Shown: positions 1 through 8,067 of the stretch, one piece after another
Layout of the letters: the number at the start of each line of letters is the position of its first letter
How positions within the stretch are numbered: the stretch's first letter is position 1
Source: Psammoneis japonica
Taxonomy: Eukaryota
DNA length: 26,690 bases
Direction of reading: 5' to 3'
NCBI GenBank assembly: GCA_008632985.1
Contig: QPGO01000252.1
Coordinates: 62,001-88,690 of the forward strand
The notes under the pieces: generated by a model
The model's database searches: none
What the model saw: only the letters and a program-made list of their open reading frames with translations
What the model was told of the DNA's origin: nothing
Translations under genes and position numbers: made by a program

Positions 1-628
1 CAAGAGGACGCTGCTGCAGCCTTGGAATTGGCTGTACGCCGCGCGCAACAAGGAGATAGCTTTTGTATACATGAACGCAACGCGAATCACTTGTTTGGCG
101 CCTTGCCGCCAATACATAAAACTGTTTGCGTGGGTCCCGCCGAGTGGCTACAACAACACGTGACTACTTGTAGTAACAGTGCACACGCACTGTCGTGTTC
201 CAATGTATCAGATACTAACAGCAAGGCAATTGAATCTTATCTAACCAGCACAACAACGCGCAAAGCGGATTTGGTGTGGGCCAATCTAGTGGTGGAAAAC
301 GAACAGCATGTCTTGAAACTTAGGGAATTGCTGGTGAGTCGTTCGGAGAATGGTTGATCTTCTACCTCTACGCGTCTCAAACTAAAATGTTTCTTTCGTT
401 ATGTAGTCTCGATTGGTTACAAAGTTACCGTCTGGCACAATCGTTTTGGTGGCTTTGCAACAGGGGCACAACCGTGCCATGGCGAGTGCCAAGCAACGCA
501 AAGCGTGCCGAGACCATCGAAGCACGACGGGTTGGTCCGTAGTACAGGAACAAGCCCACCAAGACTTGCTGGAAAAGAGCCGCTACGGCGCAGCCTTTTG
601 GATTGGAACGAGGAGTAGTACTAGTTGA
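1..628 (+). CDS. 3' part of a probable DEDDh RNA exonuclease (REX1/REXO-like); exons <1-333 and 407-628
   Basis: Frame is open from base 1 (QEDAAAALELAVRRA), which resembles the ExoIII 'S-x-EDA-x-A' motif. A phase-0 intron at 334-406 (GTGAGT...ACTAA...TGTAG) joins it in frame to SRLVTKLP...FWIGTRSSTS*. The family call is inferred from this single motif. Confidence 0.55.
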
Positions 629-701
629 ATGGCAATTTGGCGCTATACCAGTTAAATCGACGATGTTATCAAGCAGAAACACCATTTATGACTTCCCATC
701 A

Positions 702-3191
702 CTAGGGTGCCGTCTCGGTCGGCGTCGCTTCACGAGACACGCAAGTATCCGTCTGACATGGCATCTCTGGGGCCTTGTGCCAAAGTGCTCTAAAGTCCTT
801 AATGGCACGGACAAGGTTTGCGCTGCTCTGATACGAAAAGCCGGTGGTCTTTGTGTATCCATCAATCCCGTAAAAAGCTTCTCCGTCGACCGCAGAAAAC
901 TCAAACCGATGCGCCAAGGCGGGGTTGCTCTCAGGAAAGTCTGAGGTAGCGGCATAATCAAAGGTCCTTCCCTTATTGGTGTCCAAGGTTAGCTGGTACA
1001 GCTTGTTGTTGTACACGTAGCCAGCCACATTTACGATCCACTCGTCGTCATCGAGGTCGACACGGGGGTGAATGACTTTGCTGGGATTGGCTAAACCAAT
1101 CTTCCTTGAAAATGATGGCGCTCCCTCGCGCTCGACAAAGGTGTGAAAACCGACAATGGATGTCAAATCGCCTCTTCGAGTGGTACGTTGCACGATCTGG
1201 AATCCACTTACAGCCGCCTCAGGGCCCTTACCAGACTGATCCTCAGCACTTTCAAGCCTCCAGTAGTCGGGAGAAGCCTCGCGGTCCTTTGTGGTGCTGG
1301 GACTGATGAACTGCGTTTGGCGAAAGCGCTTCACCTGTTTCAAGGGAACACGTGGTGGGGGAAGAACAGAAGTCTTTCGCAGCTGCAAAGGTCCCAACTC
1401 AGCTACACGCAAGGTGTAGGAGAAAGACCCTCGAAAAAATGGGCCAAGACTGAAGCGAACTGCTGGTCGAACCCGCACAGTGGTGGTCCAACGATCGGCC
1501 CGGCGACTGTCCTCTGGCATGATATCCACCAACGCATCCGCCGAAAGTGACAATACTCCGGCCGCACTGACTTCTACACCCAACGAACCGCCAATGCCAG
1601 CAAAACGGGGTTTACCATCACCGACGTTGCTCACAGATACGGATGCAGATCCTAGCAACTCGACTGAGACCTCCTTTTTGCGTATTTCTGCTTTTACCTT
1701 GGCTGACATTTTTAGGCCACCCTGGATCGTTCCATTATCTCGCCAGATGAGATCTCCGCCTTTGCACACCACCACACTGACTTGTGCGAGACCCTTCACT
1801 TTGACTTTTTTGGGTGTGGCACATCCCCGAGCACTGCCCTGCACAAAAGTAAGCTCACCCGAGGGACCCGCAAAGTACTGACCATAGAGTTCCGCCGTAC
1901 GGTTCTTCGAATCACGAAAGAGCGAGTCAAAGCGATAACCGCTTTCCAAATCACCGGCCACGCTACGAGTGATCCTGGATATCCGGGCACACACTTTGGC
2001 CTTGGCGTCGTCGATGCACCCACCTGGAAACTCCACAAGCTCCTTTCCGACTGCCGGCTGGAGCTGACGGTTATTGTCAGGAAATTTAGATTCATCAGGT
2101 TGCGGTTCATCGTTCACTGGGTGCTCTTCGAGTGCCATGGCCATAGCCATTTCTTTGGGAACCTCCGTCATTTCATCACCTGTCAATGGCTCAGCCATGA
2201 GAAACATAGTTTCTTCATACATGGCGCCCTTGTTACGACTCGAGTACTGACGGATGGCATATGGCTTTCCGTCTACACGAGTTTCCAGATATTCCCACCG
2301 ATCCGGAAGAAGGCCTGCCTCCACCAGTACGCGCTGGTCTTCCGCGGCATCGTACAAACGAGCCGCCTGGTCAAACGTCAAAACGTAACGCACAAGCTCC
2401 ACTCCACCCTCCGTCACGAACCCATCCTCTTCCCACATGTCCATCATGTCTTCGTCATCCTCGTCCAACACATCCGCGCCACGAGGTGCTTCTGCGGAAA
2501 GGACGTTTGGCTGACTCTGGCTCCACGCCACGGTAGCTGCGTTTTGCTTGTTATACACAACAGAATACTCATCCCAAACAAACATTCGTTCCCCTGTGGC
2601 GAGGCGACGAACATGGGGTCCATCGGATCCATCCGGCAGAGGGTCACATTCGACAATGTCCAGGCCTTCAATGCACATTTGCATGTGCTGTGTGTGCGTT
2701 TTATGTGCGCGTCGCAATAGACCAAAAGGACCAGCGGGCGACGGAGCGGGAGTGTCTGGCTCGGTTGGCGTGGAGCTGGGATTGGCAGAGGGTCCAATGG
2801 TTGGCTCGAATGTCATGGGAGCCACACTTGGTGCCGAGCTAGGTTTGAGACTTGGAGCCACGGTGGGGTGGAAGGTTGGGGAGTTCGAGGGAGACATGCT
2901 TGGTGACACGGATGGAGCACTCGTGTGAGACATGCTGGGGTGAGCGCTGGGCGAAGCACTCGGCAGTGATGATGGGGAATCTGCCCCCTTCGCAATTTTG
3001 TTCTTGTCTTTCTTGTCCTTTTTCAAATCACGAACCGCCATCTTGCTCGTTTGTCCGCGAAGGCGACGCGGGAGAACAACCTTGTCGTCAATGACTCCCG
3101 CAGATGCCGCGGAAGCAAAACTTGAATTAGCTCCATATGATGCCGAAAGAAGTAGAAGGGCAAGCCAAGTGGTGGCAAAGGAACACTTCAT
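702..3191 (-). CDS. Secreted 829-aa protein: signal peptide, Lys cluster, PS/PT repeat stalk, C-terminal jacalin-like lectin domain
   Basis: Uninterrupted ORF with N-terminal MKCSFATTWLALLLLSASYG, KKDKKDK and PSASPSAHPSMS repeats. The C-terminal LDDDEWIVNVAGY...LYQLTLDTNKGRTF...FEF...FYGIDG matches the jacalin-like beta-prism pattern. Confidence 0.8.
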   Translation of the reverse strand: MKCSFATTWLALLLLSASYGANSSFASAASAGVIDDKVVLPRRLRGQTSKMAVRDLKKDKKDKNKIAKGADSPSSLPSASPSAHPSMSHTSAPSVSPSMSPSNSPTFHPTVAPSLKPSSAPSVAPMTFEPTIGPSANPSSTPTEPDTPAPSPAGPFGLLRRAHKTHTQHMQMCIEGLDIVECDPLPDGSDGPHVRRLATGERMFVWDEYSVVYNKQNAATVAWSQSQPNVLSAEAPRGADVLDEDDEDMMDMWEEDGFVTEGGVELVRYVLTFDQAARLYDAAEDQRVLVEAGLLPDRWEYLETRVDGKPYAIRQYSSRNKGAMYEETMFLMAEPLTGDEMTEVPKEMAMAMALEEHPVNDEPQPDESKFPDNNRQLQPAVGKELVEFPGGCIDDAKAKVCARISRITRSVAGDLESGYRFDSLFRDSKNRTAELYGQYFAGPSGELTFVQGSARGCATPKKVKVKGLAQVSVVVCKGGDLIWRDNGTIQGGLKMSAKVKAEIRKKEVSVELLGSASVSVSNVGDGKPRFAGIGGSLGVEVSAAGVLSLSADALVDIMPEDSRRADRWTTTVRVRPAVRFSLGPFFRGSFSYTLRVAELGPLQLRKTSVLPPPRVPLKQVKRFRQTQFISPSTTKDREASPDYWRLESAEDQSGKGPEAAVSGFQIVQRTTRRGDLTSIVGFHTFVEREGAPSFSRKIGLANPSKVIHPRVDLDDDEWIVNVAGYVYNNKLYQLTLDTNKGRTFDYAATSDFPESNPALAHRFEFSAVDGEAFYGIDGYTKTTGFSYQSSANLVRAIKDFRALWHKAPEMPCQTDTCVSREATPTETAP

Positions 3192-3298
3192 GTTTTCTGG
3201 TCAAAATGCACATGTTTCAATGCTGCCCAGAGTTTGTTCAACAACACACTGATAGCGATTTGCGGCGCATTTACTGCAACCTAGCTTCAGACCGCTGC

Positions 3299-3985
3299 AT
3301 GGTAAAAGGCCATGAAGAGTGGAAGGCTGAGAAACGGGCAGCGATCAAAAAACGCAAAGAAGAAAAGAGGTCAATACCCAAGTGGAATAGGTATGATAAT
3401 AGACTGCAAGGGGGTGTCTATGATCGAACAGTGCCTGATGGTTTGGATCAAGGGGCACGCATGGCTTTGAGTGTGGCACTGGAAAAAAAATTCGATGAGT
3501 ATCCCGACGCTCCTTATGGTGTTCAAGCAGCCATGGGAAGCAAAAGGGATTGGATACATTGGGGCTTGCGGCTCGCGTCCATGCCTTCGCGTACTCGTGT
3601 CGTCCTCGAGGAATATCAGAAAGACATCCAGCTTCACATCGATTTGCTGGACGCACTTGGAGCCCAAACTGAGGAAGGGTATCAAGGAACTTTTGATTAC
3701 GTTCGTGCTTTACACTGCATCTTTCAGGACGCCTTTAGGCGTTGTCACCTACCAGCACCTCCACGTTTGAACTTATACGCAATGGAGATTCGTGACGACG
3801 GGGCTGACACCAAGAGTCGTATGAGGTCCTTTCGAGGATACAAGTTTCGAGCCTTTGGCATTATCCAAGTAGTAAATGATCATCCCATGGAACTGATCGA
3901 GGAGGAAGAGACGCATCCAGTCATTCCAGCTACCAAACGACGAGAGTACCCAAACGTTTCCAGGACAAGGTACAATTACTACTAG
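3299..3985 (+). CDS. Hypothetical protein (~228 aa, basic N-terminus)
   Basis: Long ORF with protein-like composition. ATG 3299 was chosen because upstream starts overlap or abut the divergent gene at 3191. No recognised domain. Confidence 0.6.
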   Translation: MVKGHEEWKAEKRAAIKKRKEEKRSIPKWNRYDNRLQGGVYDRTVPDGLDQGARMALSVALEKKFDEYPDAPYGVQAAMGSKRDWIHWGLRLASMPSRTRVVLEEYQKDIQLHIDLLDALGAQTEEGYQGTFDYVRALHCIFQDAFRRCHLPAPPRLNLYAMEIRDDGADTKSRMRSFRGYKFRAFGIIQVVNDHPMELIEEEETHPVIPATKRREYPNVSRTRYNYY

Positions 3986-4266
3986 CTCAGATCAAATCGC
4001 TTATTGGGCGCAAGTCAATAGTGTGTGGCATTTGCAAAAGTCTGTGTGGGCAGAGACAATGAACAAACTGCTTTAAAGAACAATGGACTATACCTCTTCT
4101 TTTCTAGCATCTAATAGCACCATTTTTTCCACCCTGGATTCCTAGAGAGATACTTGTAATGGGACACAGGAGCTTTTCACCGAACCAGCAATCCGGCAAA
4201 ATCCATCTTGTGCCTCCCTACTCTCTACTCTAGAGCTAGTTCGGTTTTTTGTCGATCATTTCGTTC

Positions 4267-4750
4267 TCCGTCCTTCACTTCACTACGGGCGGGTGGGCTG
4301 CGCTAGTCCCGCCCTCTCACGCACGCGACGGCCTTTTTCAGTCGTGCACGCCACTTCTTCTTTGTTGTTCCATCTCGTCCTATCTCCGTAATGTCTCTTT
4401 ATGTATTTCAAAGCATGGCTGCCAATCAGGCAGCACACAGCAAACAAAACAAAACTTCCTGTTCAAAGTTCAAAACGCTGCCTGTTCTCTTTTTGTAAAA
4501 CCTTTTGCCTGTCTTGCTTGTTTGTCGCAAGTGCGCTAACCTCTCTGCTCACAAGGCTCATTTGTTTCGACTGTGTGCTGCATTCTAGAGAGTCTAGAAC
4601 AGAAGAAGGAAACTGGAGCACGAATGCTGTGTTTGCATCAGAAAAGAAGCTTGCACTTGACCTGCAAACTGTTGAATGTGCAGCATGGAGTCTGCCAGAA
4701 AGTGGCATCTCGAACGACGACACGTCGATGTTGGTTCGAGGCCCTTGGAC
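4267..4750. repeat. Degenerate direct repeat, copy 1
   Basis: Shares ordered blocks with 5804-6342: TCCGTCCTTCACTTC (4267/5804), TTTTCAGTCGTGCA, ATGTATTTCAAA, GCACACAGCAAA, AGAAGGAAACT, GCTTGCACT, TGCCAGAAAG and GACGACACGTCGATGTT (4716/6306). Confidence 0.9.
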
Positions 4751-4809
4751 CTGCCTCGCATGTCTCTTGTTGATCATTTTGTGTTCCATTGCATGAGATC
4801 CAAGAGTCA

Positions 4810-5759
4810 TCACTGTGCTTTGTGCAACATCACCTGCAATGAATGACGCTGGACTGCGGCATGTTTCCTTGCCGCTGTGCTCGAGGATGGTGCAAAGTGA
4901 ACAGCGCCATCATCATCATGCATTTCTTGTTTTGCATTTGCAAGTTGGTTTTGCAGCTGCTGCATTGTGTCCTTTTTGGGGACTCCAATCAAAGCAAACT
5001 CCTTTGATGCAGCTTGCACTTCTTTTTCAACCTTCGCCGATGATTGACCCACTTTCGCCATGTTCCAATTGAAAAATGCCACAAATTTGTCATTCCATGC
5101 TTTGTTGTCAATGGTTGTGCCATGCTTCTTCTTTCTCCATTCAAAGCCTGTTGATTCAAATGCTTCTTTTTGATCATCGTGCATCGTTGCACATCAACCC
5201 AATGAGAAAGGTGCCGAGCACATTTTCGCGGGCACCTGACATCGAATGTTCTCCAACTGGAAAACCTTCAAACTCTCTCTTGCTTCTTTTTCCAACTGGC
5301 AACATCATTTGACAGCACATGTTGCAACTGCTGGGAGACATTTGGCACGAGTGCTGCTCAATGTTTGCGTCGCTTGCTCCCCTGCTTGCCCCCGTCAGTT
5401 TCAACAACATCTTTTCTTCAGAAGAGAAGCCTCGCCGTTGTCTTTTTCTGTTGCTGGTCCAAGCCAAACCCCTTCGTTTGCTCATCTTCTCATTTTTCCT
5501 CTTGGGTGTGGATGTCGTCCATCGGGCTTTAAAGACAGAGGTTGAAGGTGTCTGAGAAGCTGTTTGCTCGTTGTTGCTGCTCTTCTCTGAGAGGTTCACC
5601 CTCTCTCTGACATGTGAACTTCTGGCCCATTGTCCTCAGTGACATCAATTGCAACTGAACGGTGCATGCAAGTTGGTTGCAGACCGATCTAAGGACGGCG
5701 TAAGAGTCGTCATTGCTGCCATCGTCGTCAAATGTCAATTTTTCTCGCGTCGTGCCCAT
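4810..5759 (-). pseudogene. Decayed helicase-associated (HA) domain gene
   Basis: HA motifs are split over three frames between about 5297 and 5075: SWKKKQE / SLKVFQLENIRCQVP / LSHWVDVQR / QKEAFESTGFEW...KAWNDKF. Possible ATG at 5759 (MGTTREKLTF). Boundaries are approximate. Confidence 0.65.
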
Positions 5760-5803
5760 TTTTCACGCCGTCTGCACTACGTACGACGATCAGCAGCCCA
5801 CCG

Positions 5804-6342
5804 TCCGTCCTTCACTTCGTGAACCTCTGACGGCTTTTCAGTCGTGCATGCCATTTCTTTGTTGTTCGTCCATTACACTGTATCTCTTTACGCTATCTCC
5901 GCTCTTTATATGTATTTCAAATGTTTGTTACGAATCAGGTGGCACACAGCAAAACAATAACGAAATTCAGTGTTTGAAACTTCCAAACGCCGCCTGTTTC
6001 CTTTTTTGCAAACTCTTTTTTCTGTTTTGCTTGTTTCTCGTTCAAACGAAGCGCTCGACTACCACTTTGTGTGCTCAGTCTCTCTTGCTCCCATGCCTCA
6101 CTGCTTTCGAAAGTACATAATATTCTAGAGAGAGAGATTCTAGAATATAGTAGAAGGAAACTAGAACACGGACTCCATGTTCACATCAAAAAGGATGCTT
6201 GCACTCTAGAGTGTTTGAGCGTACAATACTTGACCAGCAATATTTTGAATGCGCCATACGGACAGTACTACCACATGCAATTTGCCAGAAAGCGGCGTCT
6301 CGAAAGACGACACGTCGATGTTTGATTTTAGGCCACGGAACT
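5804..6342. repeat. Degenerate direct repeat, copy 2
   Basis: Colinear with copy 1 (4267-4750), with extra short segments. It retains TpA and CpG sites that copy 1 has lost. Confidence 0.9.
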
Positions 6343-6689
6343 ACCATGTCCATTATTTTTTTCTATTCTGACTGCTACCGCAGTTTCTACAGACAAACTA
6401 TGGCTGTCGGTAGAGAGCCGTCGTCTTTGTCAGAAAAGCTACAAACGAATCGGAACGTAAGGTACTGTACGTACTGCGCGCTTTACAATCAATAGTTTTG
6501 CGGTGTACCGCATAACCCATACAAAACAGAGAGATTCTCTCAAGAAGTATTTTCTATTGGTTACATGTACTGTAAATATAGGGTTCCCCGAGCCGAGTTG
6601 TACCAGCAAAGCTTGAATCAATCGCAAACAATGTTACTCCCAACTATTTGCCCAAAATTCATACAAAACGTTTCCTTGTGTACGAGGGT

Positions 6690-6705
6690 GGATTTGATAA
6701 AATCC
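6690..6705 (-). promoter_or_regulatory. Histone 3' UTR stem-loop of H2A
   Basis: Minus strand reads AACT-GGATTT-TATC-AAATCC-ACCC: a 6-bp stem and 4-nt loop, 29 nt after the stop codon. Confidence 0.85.
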
Positions 6706-6734
6706 AGTTTTGTTGTTGTTATCGTTCAAGAGAC

Positions 6735-7103
6735 TTACTTTCCCGACTTTTTCGGCAAGAGCACGGCATGAATGTTGGGCAAGACACCACCCGACGCAAT
6801 CGTGACTCCACCCAACAGTTTGTTGAGCTCCTCGTCATTCTTGACCGCCAACGTAATGTGCCTCGGCACGATACGGCTCTTCTTGTTGTCTCGTGCGGCA
6901 TTGCCGGCCAATTCCAAAATTTCGGCACAGAGATACTCCAACACGGCAGCAAGGTACACGGGCGCACCCGCTCCCATTCTCGTGGCGTACTTGCCCTGAC
7001 GGAGATAACGTCCGATACGACCCACGGGAAACTGCAAACCAGCCTTGGCCGATGCGGTGGTGCTCTTTTTCTCGCCACGACCTCCTTTTCCTTTTCCAGA
7101 CAT
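6735..7103 (-). CDS. H2A: Histone H2A
   Basis: [10 protein letters not shown]...[10 protein letters not shown]...[12 protein letters not shown]...IVPRHI...LLPKKSGK, 122 aa. Confidence 0.99.
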   Translation of the reverse strand: MSGKGKGGRGEKKSTTASAKAGLQFPVGRIGRYLRQGKYATRMGAGAPVYLAAVLEYLCAEILELAGNAARDNKKSRIVPRHITLAVKNDEELNKLLGGVTIASGGVLPNIHAVLLPKKSGK

Positions 7104-7450
7104 GATGACTTGTTGTTGTACGTGAATCAAAAAATATTGTGAGGCTTTGCTCGGTCTTTTGCAAAAAGGCAAAATACCGAACAATTTTCTACGACAAACG
7201 TGGTATGCATTTCACGTAGATTCTGTGGAACGCGCCAGGATGGACGACGGACCACGTAAGGACACTATAGCAAAAAGTATGAAAAAATATTCTGGCGCGA
7301 GCCAAAAAAGTCGCAAGTAGAACCTACACAAATTTTGTACGAGACATTTTTCGGAATCTTGGGCCCCACAGCTCAGCTCCCTCCGGCGGCTTGCGCGGCT
7401 TCAACGTTCTTCTCACAAATCGTGCCGAGTCAACAAAGCAACAGCAACAG
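7104..7450. promoter_or_regulatory. Bidirectional H2A/H2B promoter region
   Basis: Lies between divergent histone genes. Contains inverted CGCGCCAG/CTGGCGCG (7231/7292) and three CACGTA motifs. Confidence 0.6.
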
Positions 7451-7662
7451 GTAAGCACGACACTCGCTGCCGTTCCCGTCCTGCCTCTTTCCTCTACCAT
7501 GATACTGTTGCTGTGATTCTGTATATTGTTGTAATGACGAGAGACGCAATGGCGGCGGCGGACCGTATGACGCTGTATGCATCGGTTCTCGTTTTGTATG
7601 GCTGTGCGTGTCTTTTTCACCTCTACTATGCGTGACTCACTTTTTCTCTCGCTCTCTTACAG
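7451..7662 (+). other. Predicted 5' UTR intron of H2B
   Basis: CAG|GTAAGC donor at 7451, TGACTCAC branch-like site near 7633-7640, a pyrimidine tract, and TACAG acceptor 8 nt before the ATG. Confidence 0.75.
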
Positions 7663-7670
7663 TTTCCACC

Positions 7671-8021
7671 ATGGCAAAGACCCCATCCAAGCAATCGGCC
7701 AAGGCCCCGAAAAAGGCTGCCACCACCAAGCGCTCCAAGAAGCGTACCGAGTCGTACTCGTCCTACATTTACAAGGTGCTCAAGCAGGTCCACCCCGATA
7801 CCGGTATCTCCAAAAAGGGCATGAGCATCATGAACTCGTTTATCAATGACATTTTTGAGCGCATCGCCACCGAAGCGGGCAAGTTGGCCACCTACAACAA
7901 AAAGGCGACCCTGTCTTCCCGAGAAATTCAAACGGCGGTCCGTCTCATGCTTCCCGGAGAACTCGCCAAGCACGCGGTTTCCGAGGGAACCAAGGCGGTG
8001 ACCAAGTTTTCGTCTGCTTGA
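7671..8021 (+). CDS. H2B: Histone H2B
   Basis: MAKTPSK...[21 protein letters not shown]...[20 protein letters not shown], 116 aa. Confidence 0.99.
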   Translation: MAKTPSKQSAKAPKKAATTKRSKKRTESYSSYIYKVLKQVHPDTGISKKGMSIMNSFINDIFERIATEAGKLATYNKKATLSSREIQTAVRLMLPGELAKHAVSEGTKAVTKFSSA

Positions 8022-8051
8022 GCTCATTAGTACAGCATTCAACACTGAACC

Positions 8052-8067
8052 GGATTTTATAAAATCC
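8052..8067 (+). promoter_or_regulatory. Histone 3' UTR stem-loop of H2B
   Basis: AACC-GGATTT-TATA-AAATCC-ACCCA, 30 nt after the stop codon. The stem is identical to that of the H2A element. Confidence 0.87.

Noticed and set aside
1782..2720. 312-aa plus-strand ORF (and similar antisense ORFs over H2A, H2B, 9483-10094 and NEMF)
   Set aside because: Antisense shadows of real coding sequences with no independent protein features.
2842..3128. Second TA-free run (~287 nt)
   Set aside because: It is short, lies in a GC-richer Pro/Ser/Ala coding repeat of an intact ORF and retains many CpG, so coding composition explains it. Worth rechecking in a genome-wide scan.
4229..4314. Helitron 3' end (GC hairpin plus CTAG)
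   Set aside because: The CTAG motifs lie about 45 nt or more from the hairpin or inside its loop, not about 10-15 nt downstream, and no RepHel remnant is present.
4401..5759. Dense overlapping ORFs in all six frames as real genes
   Set aside because: A by-product of TpA loss, which removes TAA/TAG stops. Only the HA fragments resemble a known protein.
7495..7600. Box C/D snoRNA in the H2B intron
   Set aside because: Only weak C-like motifs (ATGATA, ATGACGA) and no CTGA box D in the intron.
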